A stretch of DNA of 43,142 nt from NCBI GenBank assembly GCA_032718475.1, contig JAUCBJ010003659.1, positions 1 to 43,142 on the forward strand, in the 5' to 3' direction. The stretch's first letter is position 1, and every line of letters begins with the position of its first letter. The translations under genes and the position numbers were made by a program. Below, one piece after another: positions 1 to 12,101 of this stretch. The notes beneath the pieces were generated by a model. That model had not been told where the DNA came from. It worked only from the letters and a program-made list of their open reading frames with translations, and made no database searches. This DNA comes from Nemertoderma westbladi. Its lineage: Eukaryota > Animalia > Xenacoelomorpha.

Positions 1-2496
1 AACGGAGAGAAACTTAGATTCCTCATCGAATGTTTGGAAGGACCTCCCAAGTCAATGGCGTTAAAATTTATTGGACATCCAGATGGATTAAGACAAGTTT
101 GGGATACACTAAACATCAGGTATGGTAATAGGAATGACATAGCTGGGTATTTGTATGCAAAATTAATGGCGCCCCGAAAGTTTCTTAGCAGCGGGATTAT
201 AGAGTTTTCCGATGAGATTCAGGAGATCTGTAGACAATTAGATTGGCTAGGTAAGTCTCATGAATACCAGAATTCTATGGTTGTAAGAGCCTTAGCATCT
301 GCTTTGCCCAAGGGTGGAGTAGGTACACGCTGGGATAAGAAGGTGTTATATATGATGGAACAACAACGACGAGACCCTACCATGACTGATCTCATGTCAT
401 TCTTAGATAGAGAAGTGAAATTACAGCTCCTAAGGCAGTCCAGAGAGAAGACATTGGAAAACAAGGTAAGTGAGAAACCCGTTTCTAGGAGAAGGGTAAC
501 ACCAGTATGTTATACCGACGACGGTGAAAGCCAAACCTCTCAAGGAGAGGACAGCGGGAAAGACACTGACAGGCCTTATTATGTCAATAAAATGCCTAAA
601 GATCAGGTAAGTAAATCCAAGTCTCGACCCAATGACAGAAGGGAACCGGTACAAAAAACCCTTCCTACGTCTCCTAAAAGAATTCAGGTGAGAAAGCCCG
701 AGGAAAGAACAAGTGTGCACCACATAGCACAGGTTAAAGTAAGTAACATCAAGCCGAAATGTGTGCTGTGCGACGGGCCCCACCGTTTAAATGCGTGTGA
801 TAAATTCCTGAGGAAATCACTCGAGGATAGACGTGAAGTCATGTGGGATAAGCGGTTGTGTTATAATTGCCTCAGACGAGGACACCAACGGCGAACCTGT
901 AACTCCGACGCAAGGTGTGCAAAGTGCGGCGCAAATCATCATATCTTGTTGCACACGGAATTCGAACGAAACAGCCCGAGTCAGGTAAGTGAGTCCGAAC
1001 TACATGTCCAATTCAGTGATGTGAACGACACTGATCAATCTGAGATGGAAGGATTCTATACGGACGAGTTCTCCGACCAAAACGAATCCTGTTACCTAAT
1101 AAACACCACCGCAGTGTATCGAGCACTCGTGTATGAAAAAGACACAGACAGCGACCTCACCCTAACTACTTCAGATCAACAACCATCTTGGAAAGCGCCA
1201 ACTTCCAATATAGGAATCCGAGAATTTCCTGTAGTCCAGTTACGGGTCCACGGACCTCAGAAGAGCTATATAGTGAACGCCCTCCTGGACTCCGGTAGCA
1301 CAGGAACATTCATCGATAAAGAACTAGCCGAAGTCATCTTTGCTGGACAACCCAAGTTCCGAACCAAGCTAAACATGTCAGGAATCATGCAAGTTTGGAA
1401 ATCTACAGTAACAGCTGATTATTATGTAGGCGCGTTGTCCACCCCCCAGGACGAACTAGGAGAACATAGCATAAGGTCAGTGAAAATGGTGGCTATAAAG
1501 AACTTCGCTACTACTCAAGCAGACCTTTATAATTGGGACGAGGATGAGAGCATCCAACATCTTAACATACCTCGATTCCAGACTGATTATCCTGGAGTGC
1601 AAATACTCATCGGCCAAAACGCGCATGAGGCGCTGGAGACATTAGAGAAACGACCTGCTCAACCGCAGCCACTACAGACCTATGCGGTAAGAACTAGAGT
1701 AGGGCTCCTTACTGGACCTTCCCGTAGAACGCTCAGGGAAAGACTGCTTCAAGATCGCGTCTGCCAGGTGAGTGAATGGGAAGATGATACTAGTGAGGGA
1801 GACGACCCAACTGAGGGAACACCACACTCCTCAGATAATGACAATCTTAGCTCCAATGTAGATCAATGGAGATATTGCCCCAAGAAGTTTAATCCAACGG
1901 ACATCGCTTCCAGAGGAGCAACTCCTCAAGAACTGACAGATACTATAGACCGGTTAGGTGAACCCGACTTCCTGATTAAGGAGAATGAATGGCCTCCCCA
2001 TCTTACTCCGACTGAGATTAGACCAGCCAAGGGAGCGGAGAAAGTCGAACCTGAAACCCGGACGGGTGGATCGGAGTTATTTGAACCCGGGATAGATCTG
2101 TCGGTATTACATGTTGCCAGGGACGACGCCGTGGATCTGGGCCTCCCCTCCGCGAGTGGATCCTTCATGAAGATCAGAGAGAGCGATTGGAGCTCTGGAA
2201 CATCAGACTTCTCGCAGGGACTCTCACCTCTCCTGCAGAGAGCGACGGACCACTATAGCTCCTGGAATCGGCTTTGTGACGCCGTCATATACTTTGAGCG
2301 ATGTTTCTATCGTCACTATTCCAGGACGAAGAGGAAACCTGGAATTGTATTCAGGATGCAGCGACTCAATCACCCAGTCGGTAGTTTGTGTTTATCGGAA
2401 GGGAATGGAGGACTCTCCGGAAACTGTGGAAGGCAAGATTCTCTTCCCACGACCACCTCCCTAATCCTTCAAACATCTAGGGACTCCATAACGTAA
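1..2496 (+). CDS. gag: Gag-protease ORF with RT/RNase H and integrase core deleted in frame (open from window edge)
   Basis: Triple BEL/Pao zinc knuckle CVLCDGPHRLNAC / CYNCLRRGHQRRTC / CAKCGANHHILLH; protease ALLDSGS; jumps at ~1845 to QWRYCP..NPTDIASRG (end of RNase H region) and at ~2330 to HPVGSLCL (integrase C-terminus). Confidence 0.85.
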   Translation, partial: NGEKLRFLIECLEGPPKSMALKFIGHPDGLRQVWDTLNIRYGNRNDIAGYLYAKLMAPRKFLSSGIIEFSDEIQEICRQLDWLGKSHEYQNSMVVRALASALPKGGVGTRWDKKVLYMMEQQRRDPTMTDLMSFLDREVKLQLLRQSREKTLENKVSEKPVSRRRVTPVCYTDDGESQTSQGEDSGKDTDRPYYVNKMPKDQVSKSKSRPNDRREPVQKTLPTSPKRIQVRKPEERTSVHHIAQVKVSNIKPKCVLCDGPHRLNACDKFLRKSLEDRREVMWDKRLCYNCLRRGHQRRTCNSDARCAKCGANHHILLHTEFERNSPSQVSESELHVQFSDVNDTDQSEMEGFYTDEFSDQNESCYLINTTAVYRALVYEKDTDSDLTLTTSDQQPSWKAPTSNIGIREFPVVQLRVHGPQKSYIVNALLDSGSTGTFIDKELAEVIFAGQPKFRTKLNMSGIMQVWKSTVTADYYVGALSTPQDELGEHSIRSVKMVAIKNFATTQADLYNWDEDESIQHLNIPRFQTDYPGVQILIGQNAHEALETLEKRPAQPQPLQTYAVRTRVGLLTGPSRRTLRERLLQDRVCQVSEWEDDTSEGDDPTEGTPHSSDNDNLSSNVDQWRYCPKKFNPTDIASRGATPQELTDTIDRLGEPDFLIKENEWPPHLTPTEIRPAKGAEKVEPETRTGGSELFEPGIDLSVLHVARDDAVDLGLPSASGSFMKIRESDWSSGTSDFSQGLSPLLQRATDHYSSWNRLCDAVIYFERCFYRHYSRTKRKPGIVFRMQRLNHPVGSLCLSEGNGGLSGNCGRQDSLPTTTSLILQTSRDSIT

Positions 2497-3019
2497 CAAC
2501 ATATGGAGTGGGTGTGTGACTCTATTATTTTATATTATTTTATTATTTTTATATTTATGTATGTATTACTATGTAATTTTATTATAATCGTTTTCTTTAA
2601 TTTTATTCAGTAGAATGTTATTTTAGCGATTATTTAGTAGATTAGTGCAATATATATTCGCGTTTATTACTTAATTACGTATATATTATATTTAATGCGA
2701 CGGCAAGAAATAATTCTTTTCCTCTTTCCTTACTGTCCGTATCATATTATAAATACGTGACTACAGTAAGATGAAATGTCCGTACTTATTAAAGTACAAT
2801 AAAGCCACTACTATATTTAAGTATTATTGGTAGGCAGAGTATTAGGAATGCAAAGTTCAGATCCTCGTGTCTCGGCTAAACCAAGCTCTGGGTAGACCTT
2901 GGAAACGACTTGCCTCTTCACACTGACATTGCTTCGTGCGATATTGCTCTCATACCGTATATTAAATAATACATATAGTAGCGTGATGTCCCTTTAACAG
3001 TAGCGTATAACGCAAAATA

Positions 3020-3345
3020 AATCTGTTAAACCCTTTGACCATCTGTAATTCTAGTCGATTAAGATATCGTGGCACCCACCGATATACTTGAAAGACAAAT
3101 TATAGAATCAGTGGTTAACGTCCCCAGACAAGTTCTGGAATAAATCGGTGCCCATCTCAAATATTAATTAGTTAATATTTACAAATCAAATAAGTCAAAA
3201 TCTGTAAAATTCAGATCCTTCAACAATTCTAGTCAATTAAGATATCGTAGCATTTACCGATATTCTTAAAGAGACAATTTTCTTAGAATTAAGGATCTTG
3301 TGTCCCTAGACAAGTTCTAGAATCAAAATATGTCCATTTAATTAT
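3020..3345. repeat. Imperfect ~178-bp direct duplication between pol and ORF3
   Basis: AATTCTAGTC(G/A)ATTAAGATATCGT..CCGATA..AGACAAGTTCT(G/A)GAAT at ~3047 and ~3225; homologous copies in C at ~27830 (partial) and ~27995. Confidence 0.75.
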
Positions 3346-4150
3346 CAAATAATAAAATTTCAGGGAATAAATTTAAATTCATGTCTTTTAATGAATTTAA
3401 TAAATTGCCATTTTACGCAATTTATAACATTCCCAAAATTCCATTAATTAATAGATCAAGGGAGCGGAGATTTATATTATTATGCGTATGCGTGTACGAA
3501 AATCTCCCAAATATAGTTAATAGCCGATAAAATTCGTAAAGTCATGTATAAACAGGACATTGACTATTAAAGAATTACTATTAAATAACATCCCAGATCT
3601 GTATGCATGGGAATCACCCTAATTCTACCGCTAGCTTTGCATAATGTCACCATAGCAACAACCACGCTAGAATTAGAATTGAGTTAAAAGAACAATAGAA
3701 AGCTTGTCCCATTGAATAGCATAGGGAATAAATAGTGCACTGATAGTATCCAAGGATACATAATAATACAGTGACATTCTGGAAGGCATTGACTAACGGA
3801 CAAGTGACCCGAGTGTGTGTAATTTGTGACAAGTTGTGTGTGTGGTATTTGTGAGTTTATAGGTGAATGTTACTGCTAAGGTGTGTTTACAGTAGCTAGT
3901 CGCAATCGTAAAAGTAACCTAACTCTCCAAGGAAACCTGAAGTACATCTAAGCCTTTGGGACGGACAGTTGAGTGACTTGTGCCGGTTGTCGTTGTCGTT
4001 GTGCGGCTACGTCGTTGGCGAAAGTACAGCGTCGACGACACATCGGCGCTGAGGATCTCGTACTGTCCGGGGTTGATTGGGGTAGGCAGCGACGCCCGCT
4101 CGCCTAAATATAAACTCATTATAATATGGATAAACTCATATATAGCAGAT

Positions 4151-5434
4151 ATGACGGAGTTGATAGAAGATGGTCTTGGTATCGGGGAGCGATATACTCT
4201 ACTTTTACAAGCGTTTGTTGATAGCTTAATACGCGGCGACGTTAGTCCAACTGCTGCGGAGGACGATGGTCGTTATATCGAACCGCCAATGTCCCAAGAG
4301 CAGCTCGCGCGAGTTGGACTATAGAAAATTCGCTGCTCGATATACGCGGCGTAATGGTATGTATATGGACTTCTTAACTACTGGTCATCCTATCGATTTA
4401 CACAATACGGACTATGTAGACTATATATCCTGCCCAGCGGAGTCGGAACCATAAACGGAAATTCGAATGCGAAAATTCTATTCGAAATCGACTCGAAAGA
4501 AAAAACACTTAAGAAACAAATGGACGCGGTAACTCCAACGTATATTTGGAATTTTTGATAGAAGCATTGTAACAACAAATAAATATCACCCGCGTTTACC
4601 CTACCAGACGTGCGTCTTTGGTATTATTACGATAAATGCCCTAGACCCAACTAATAAACGGAAAGACATAAACATCCATGTAAACCGAAACTTGTTGACG
4701 TATCACCCATGTTCACTCGGCTCGAACGATCCTGGAGTAAACCTACGATCAGAGTCCCGGAATACTCGGTCAAACCTCCTCATTCCTTAGTTGGACCTCA
4801 GACCTGCGATCTTGGTGGTGTCGCGGATCCTCGCGGACTGTATTCACTGTTCAAAGATCTAGTGCTACCCTAACAATTAATCGGTAACACTCCGACAGTG
4901 ATTTCTAGCTAGCCGCCCATCTTACCTAGCCGGATTGTGACGCGGACACCTAATATCACTATCCAACCGTATGGTCGTCCACGTTTAACGCGATACAACC
5001 CCTCATCAAGGTGAAGGAGAGCGTTGTACGAAACGAGTTAAACGCTATTTTATAAAGATCAAAAAGGAAACCTGCGTTTGTTCAGATAAACGTAAGTTAT
5101 AACAGTGAGTCCAATCGATAAACGAATTGGCCTTATCTCAATTCGATTGGGAAATCCAGAATCTCTAAGAAGTTATCGAACTTGGACGATCCTATTCTCT
5201 GCGAGAGTTTTTGGATGAACGTATCCAGCTACGAGCGGAGGAAAATCAGCTCGAGGAGAAGCATATCGAAACGGCAGATACCTCGACCACAATCCTACAC
5301 CTTCTGATGCAATCATATTGCACCCTTCACCCAGGAGTTATGGCCCTCCTAGTAAAGTGGCTCCCCCCAAAGAGAAAAAGACTCTTGCTAGCCTCAAAAA
5401 ACTGCGTAAACGCCGTCTGCGTAAGAAAGACTAA
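4151..5434 (+). pseudogene. Degraded accessory ORF3 of element A (homologue of C 28878-31070)
   Basis: Peptides LQAFVDSLI, EDDGRYIEPP, YMDFLTTGHPIDLH, EENQLEEKHIE and the basic C-terminus match C ORF3; many stops, frameshifts and deletions. Confidence 0.85.
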
Positions 5435-5512
5435 CTGTTTAGAGTATCTTTATGTTTTAGAAACTGTGATTTTTATATTTTATAGACTGAAAATCCCATT
5501 TTCTGGGAGCGG

Positions 5513-6773
5513 TGTAAAAGCCTTTGCTGAATTGCCCCGTTATTTTTATTATCTTTTACATTAAAATACTCTGTAGTTGATTTAATAAGTGTAAGAGACC
5601 GTATTATTGCTGTATCGGTGTTTTTAGAGGATCTAAGACCTATTTCCTCCGTATGTGTACTGTGAAAGGCATATTTTATGATTCTATGGCAATTCGTGAC
5701 GCAAAGGGGTGATAGCTACTCTTGAACAGTAGTTACTATGACTACGGTTAACAGCTGACATTCATACGTGTTGATTTCCTTTGTTCTACGGCGTCTCTCA
5801 GTTCAGTCAGCCAATTAGAGCGTTTTTGTGGCTCCTTGTACAGAAAATTTCCGAGAAATGACGCAATGCCTATGTGCAGTGTTTACATTCAGTCCTGAGC
5901 CTAAGAAAGAACGGCTTGGAAGTATTTTGTGCCTTACTGTTTTTAGTCTTACACTAGTAGGTTTAATTATAAAGGGCATATATCCTTTAACTGACCTGAC
6001 GCACCTAACGACTACCTGACTCAGGGAATCACCTGCTGACTGATGATACATGCTGACTGCTGAAACATTGCAAACTCATAGCAATCAGTGTTTTCATTGT
6101 TGTTTTATACTGCTATTTACTGTCAGTTCTTCATAACATGGTTGATGAATTATTATATTTGGAATAACGATAAATAACCCCGAAACCCAATGTTCTTGAT
6201 ATACCGAAGGTAAGAGAGAAGGGTTACAGAATAACGATTGTGACTTATGTTAAAGTGGTTTGAAGTGAATCTAATGTTATTTGATAGACCCTACATGATT
6301 CAGCCTGTGTTCCTTTTATATGTGACTAAAATCAGTGAAGATTGGCAGATTAGTGTGCAGTATTGTGCAGCATTGTGTATGAGTGAGTCTGTTAAAGAAG
6401 CAATTCCTAAAGAATGCGCCATATATGTGAATTATAATTAAGCCATATCGTTGTGAGTAGTTTAAGTCATAACTCTGTTTATATAGATAAAGCGCCACGT
6501 CCTAAAGGAACTGTTAATATTACCGAAGGTAAATAATATTGTCAGAGATTATATAATACTGTCAGTCGAATAATACATTAGGCTTACATAGCAATAAAAT
6601 TAAACCGTCGAACCCAATCTCCCGGGAATCTCCAGCGGGTGAATGGTCGCGCACGGATTGGTTTCGACTAGTGTAGTGAATCAAATACTTGTCATAGACT
6701 AAAAACCGATTTAATATCTAGAAGACATCTTAATTTGGTGGGTTAAACTGCCAAAGGTCTGAAAGCGCGAACA
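5513..6773 (+). repeat. 3' LTR of element A (1261 bp)
   Basis: Starts TGTAAAAG after GGGAGCGG (PPT), ends AAAGCGCGAACA; 3' half aligns with C LTRs, U3 part is divergent. Confidence 0.9.
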
Positions 6774-7195
6774 ATAATCCTATATTATTATCTTATATGT
6801 TGTCTATAATAAAGACGCTCCTAATTGCCTATCAAATAAACAAATTATTCTTCTTTATGGGACGTAACCGTGTAAACTGGGTGAAATCCATCTATAGTTG
6901 AAGATATTACAATCACATAGATCATCTTATTGTGTTATACACAAGAGCATAGCAACTGCTCTTACAGTTTGGGAAAACTCAAATAAAACTCTATGAAATT
7001 TACAATTATAAATAAATAAATAAAATTATATATTAATTATTTTACTTCTTAGTAATTCTTTACTATACCACGTTACCACGTTAACCTCTGTAGCCAAGTT
7101 GGTATGTATTACAGTCTATCATTTAGGCGATTTTAACTACTGTAGCTAAACTTTAAATTTTGAAGAAGACACCTTTATTTAATTTGGATACAAAT

Positions 7196-10100
7196 ATGGA
7201 CAGCAAAGGTGTTCAAATGGACGACGAAATTCATTCAGCTTCGGAATCTGATGTATCCACACAATCTGGTAAGTCACCTCTTACATCTACACGTACGTAT
7301 TGAAAACGTTATCTCACCAACTCCTGTTGCATCTGTTGTAAATCCTACCGTAGGAATGTCTAGTGAGAGTTTAGTACCTAATCTAACTCACGTAAAGCGA
7401 ATGATTGCTGGTTATAAGGCTCATTTTACACGACGTTTCAATGAGTTTACCATTCAAAGGTCTGCTACATTCGACCCTACTAATGTCGATTCTATATTTA
7501 TTTATTGTATTAATGTATACAAATCTTTGTGTAGTCACTATGAAAAATCAACTTTCGATTTCGAAAGATTTGGGTTTTCTGACGTGTCACGTGAGCTAGC
7601 TGCACAATCAGTAACTGTACTGTCAGACCTTGAATCCAAACTCAATGACATTCGCGAATATATTAATAGCAATGAGCATACCGTGACTCAGACCCAGACA
7701 TGTCAGAGTAACGCCATACCATTTGTAGTTGTGCCTTCAGATGTTCCACAGTATGTATCATCTCATGAACAATTGCAAGTTGGCGAGCTCAAACGTAATC
7801 GAACAATTTCAACTCACTCTGGCTCTACAGCACATTCTCGAGCCTCTAAGAGCGCATCAGTTCGAGTTCATCGTGCCAAAGTCAAGCGAAAATTACTTCT
7901 GCTACAGCTCGAGCAGTCAGGAGCAGCTGCTCAGGCAGATCGGGCTGACACATTGTTATTACAAAAATCAGAGCGGCTATTACAAAAATCAGAGCGGCAA
8001 CAGAAAGAAATTACTCGCTTGGCAAAGGAACGTGGCCTACGCGATGCTCTTGCACTTGCAGCACTTGAAGAAGCTTTAGAGTTGAAATTACCTGAATTTG
8101 GAGAAGCAGAAGCAGATTATGTAGCTTCTGCGCTATTGCAATCACCAAAAAAATCTATCACGTATGACGTACCAATTAATTTACAAACTGAAAGTAATCT
8201 TAATAATAATGTGGCTGTTAATACAAGGATCCAATCAGAGTCTCCAGTGGACCCTGTGCCATGGCAACCACAGGCCTACCTGTTAATGTGAGTGCCTCAG
8301 ATTCCTATGAATCAGCACAAAATAATCTGCAGTCCAGTCAATCTCAGTCCTACCCTGTCACTGTAGAAACAACATCAGTAGTGTCATCTCAACTTCCAAT
8401 TTTTTCTCTTACGTCTCCTATAAGACCTACTAGTGCTCTAATTAATAGTAGAGTTTCTGAAATTATCGCACTAGGTAATTTTTGTACAACTGGTCTCTTT
8501 ATACCCCCAACATCGCTTTTTAATACTGCATCTTCCTTAAGTCAGTATTCTCAGAGATATCCTAGAAGTTCCTCGGCCGGACAATGCATTTATTCATCCT
8601 ATACTTCTGGAGGACAATATGTCCCATCCTATCTTACTACCAGCCGGGAACAATATAGTCAAGAGGAGCCTGTGGCATTTACATCTCTTGATGTAAATAG
8701 CCTTACATGTCCATCTATATATGTTTCAACATGCCCCATAGGGGGACAATTCCCCCACCCTTCTCACCCCATAGGTCAAAGTGTCCCATCATGTCCCAGC
8801 AATGTTCCGGGACAATCTGCACGAGAGAGGCACCCCAAGTTTGCCTCTTCTGCGCTATACAATACCCATAATATATCTCACGTCCCATCATTTACCATGG
8901 GGGGACAAAACTTATATGACGAGGGACAATATTTCCCATATAGTACCACTGGCCTACAGTATCAATACAGTGAGACTCCTGGATTTTTATGTAATCCCGT
9001 AGCATCTGTAACTGCTAGTTCAATCTCTGTTGGTCAGTCTGCAGTAAATGCTCCTAATTCAAATCATGTACAATTTGCCATGGGGGGACACAATGGTCCA
9101 GTATATTTCGATAGAAATGCTCCTATTTCTGCACTATCGGGTATTACATCCATGAACCCTAATGATAGATCTTCTATTTCCATTGCAGGTGACCCCACTA
9201 TAGTATCAAGTGGTGTCTATTTTGGAGGGTCCCCATTATCCAACCCACACAATGGTGCGCCATCAGATTTTGCCTTACAAGATTCTGGTCTCTCTCACAC
9301 CCTGGATGCCTTAGGCAAATTAAATACTAAGCTATCCTTGCCACGCCCTGAACCTACAAAATTTAGTGGTGATTCAGCTAAGTATATATCTTTTGTGGCT
9401 ACTTTTAAGGCTCATATCGACTTACGTGATTTTTCTGATGTGGAAAAATTGCAGTACCTTTTACAATATACATCTGGCAAACTTCATGAGCTAGTGGAGG
9501 CTTATGAAGGACTTTCAAATGGTTACACTAAGGCTTGGGAGACCTTGCATAAACGTTATGGTCACCCTAGTGTAATCATTGAAGCTACACTAAGAGATCT
9601 CGTCTCTTCTGTAGATTTAAATGGATCTTTTGGAATAAAAAGGGAAAAACTTCGTGACTATGCTGATAAGGTAAGAAGTAAGGTTACCATTCTTCAGCAC
9701 TTGAGCAACAGTCATGAAATGAATGCTACCTCGAACCTCAAACAAGTTGCCTCTAACCTACCAACTGAGCATCTTGCAAGATGGCGTCGAGTTGCTCACG
9801 GTATTCATGCTCGTTCTCAAAGGGAACCCACTCTTAATGAGCTTGCGGACTTCCTTGACAATGAAGCCGATATTATAAATGACCCTGTTTATAGTATAGT
9901 TGATCGTGGCTCATTTGAGCCTCGCCCAAAGGTTACAACCTTGGCCACTGAAGTACATATCCCAGTTAATTCAGGGGTCAGTAATAATCCCAAAGTGTTA
10001 AAATCCCACCCCTGCCCATGCTGTAAACAACATGGGCATAAAATCAGTCAATAAAAAACCTTTCTAAATCTTACACCCCAAGAACGGTTAAACTGCGTAC

Positions 10101-10432
10101 GTTCATACCAGTTGTGCTTTCGATGTTTTGCAAATTCACATCTCATTCCGGACTGCAAATCTGTTGATGTGTGTTTTGCTCCAGATTGCAAAGGAAAACA
10201 CAATACCTTATTACATGGTGCGTATGTATTTTCAAAGACTTCCGATTCCAATAAATCGAAACAGAGTGTCAAGGACCCTGCGAGTAGTAAGAGCTCTGGT
10301 AGCCACACCGACCGACCAAAATCTAAAGGTGGCAACATCAGCGCACAAAGTTCAACCAATTCCATGTCTGTACACTTATCAATTGCCAAAGTACAACCCA
10401 TATGGTTATCAGTAGTCCCAGTAACCATATGA
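7196..10432 (+). pseudogene. gag: Element B gag (frameshifted)
   Basis: ATG at 7196; DUF1759-like PEPTKFSGDSAKYISF..EKLQYLLQYTSG..AWETLHKRYG; knuckles CPCCKQHGH, CFRCFANSHLIPDC, CKGKHNTLLH; frameshifts near 7295, 8270, 10055 and a stop at 10430. Confidence 0.88.
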
Positions 10433-11660
10433 ATTGCCAATAAATCACTCACTACATATGCACTTCTTGATGATGGGTCTACTGCGACATTTGTTGACAA
10501 AAATGTAACCGATACTCTTGGTATCATTCCCGAAACTATTTCTCTTAATGTTAGTACTGTCTTCCAATCAAATATGTCTGTTTCTTTAGGGGAAATATCA
10601 TGTAGTATCTCACCTATCAAAGGACAGCCAGAAATTAAACCCAATTTTGTCATGCCTCAAGTATTTGTAGTCCCCGATTTCAAAAGGGATTACTCATATG
10701 ATGTAACACAACTGTGTCCTAAAACGCTCCAGCACTTAGATCACATATTGCCATATGTGACATGCTGCCCTAATCTTGATATCCCATCAATCACAATTCT
10801 GGTTGGTGGTAACCATCCTGAGGCCCTAGCTAGGGATGTACATGTATTCCCAAAGGCTGGGAACCCTAATCCCTCTGCAATTAGGACACCATTTGGATGG
10901 TGCATAATCGGTCCTGTGAGCTGTAAAGCAGTTGAACCCAATAGTACAGTAACACAGTTTAATCACATCACAGTCAGTGACCCTTGCACAGACCGCGACA
11001 TCTCTAAACAGGTCACTCAATGGATGAAATTTCAGAGTTTTGCTGAAAGTTCACCTTCAGACCCAAAACCCTCACCCCTGATCGATGAGTTTCTATCACC
11101 ATCCATGGATGACTTAAAAGCATTAGAAATGTTTTCTAAGTCAATACGTCTAGTGGATGGTCACTATCAGGTAGGAATGCCCTGGAGGGACTCACCTCCA
11201 TTATTAATTAATAATTATAATATGGCAAAATCTCGTTTCGCATATTTAATCCGTCAGCTACATCGTAAGCCACATATCCATGCCCTTTATCAACAAAAAA
11301 TAGACGATTATGTCTTGAAGGGTTATGCTCGCAAACTCCTACCATGTGAGATAACTCCAGGGCCACAGACATATTACCTCGCCCATCATTTTGTTGAGAA
11401 TCCCAACAAGCCTGGTGAGATAAGGATCGTAAATGATGCTGCTGCCTTATACCGAAGGATGTCCCTCAATAGTCATCTCACCAGTAGCCTTATTGGAATT
11501 CTTTTGCGTTTTCGACAATATCCTGTGGCTTTCACCTGCGACATAAAGGAAATGTACCACCACGTGAGAGTCACACCAGGCGATGCCGATAGTCTTCGCT
11601 TTTTGTGGCAGCCCGATGGCTCTACCACAGTGGAGACTTACCAAATGTTAGTACATATAT
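10433..11660 (+). pseudogene. pol: Element B protease and N-terminal RT
   Basis: YALLDDGS protease site, AIRTPFGW, YLAHHFVENPNKPGEIRIVNDA, DIKEMYH, LRFLW; the usual GPDL motif is deleted (SLNSHL-TSSL). Confidence 0.88.
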
Positions 11661-12101
11661 GTTTAATGTTTAATGTTTAATAGTTTAGGGTAAGAGGAAA
11701 CCTGATACGACACCAACGAAATACATGTACTCAATCCAACGTAGGACTGTTAAAAACTGGCGATGCACAAACAACAAACTAATATAGGTTAAAACAAAGT
11801 AGTGTAGAATCGGTAGAACTATTGAAATTTGAATAAGATATGTATGGATTATTAAAAACCGACTGAATTAAAATTTAAATAAAATATGTATGAATTACTA
11901 AAAACTGACGGGGTAGGCAAACAACGTACGTACCATAATTTTAAAAAAGTATTTAAAAATATTGACAATAAATTTGTAAATAAGTACTGTTCTACAGGCT
12001 TAAAAACATGTCAATAAACAAATAGTCTAAATTGATACCAAATTTAATTAAAGATTTCTTACGTGAAATCCGAGATATCATATTCCGAGATATCATCCGT
12101 C
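11661..12101 (-). mobile_element. 5'-truncated non-LTR retroelement (3' end) inserted in B's RT
   Basis: (TTAAACA)3 tail on - strand at ~11660-11680; ATAT flanks (11657-60, 12102-05); removing it restores YQMLVHIFGACDS in frame. Confidence 0.8.

Larger units (their letters stand above)
1..6773 (+). mobile_element. Element A: BEL/Pao LTR retrotransposon, internally deleted relative of element C (5' end outside window)
   Basis: Colinear with C from 21770 onward; BEL-type Gag and protease; ends in an LTR TGTAAAAG...GCGCGAACA with the same termini as C's LTRs. Confidence 0.92.

Noticed and set aside
2828-2839. tRNA-iMet PBS-like TGGTAGGCAGAG
   Set aside because: Imperfect, not preceded by a CA-ending LTR, and not conserved in C (TGGTAAGTAGAG).
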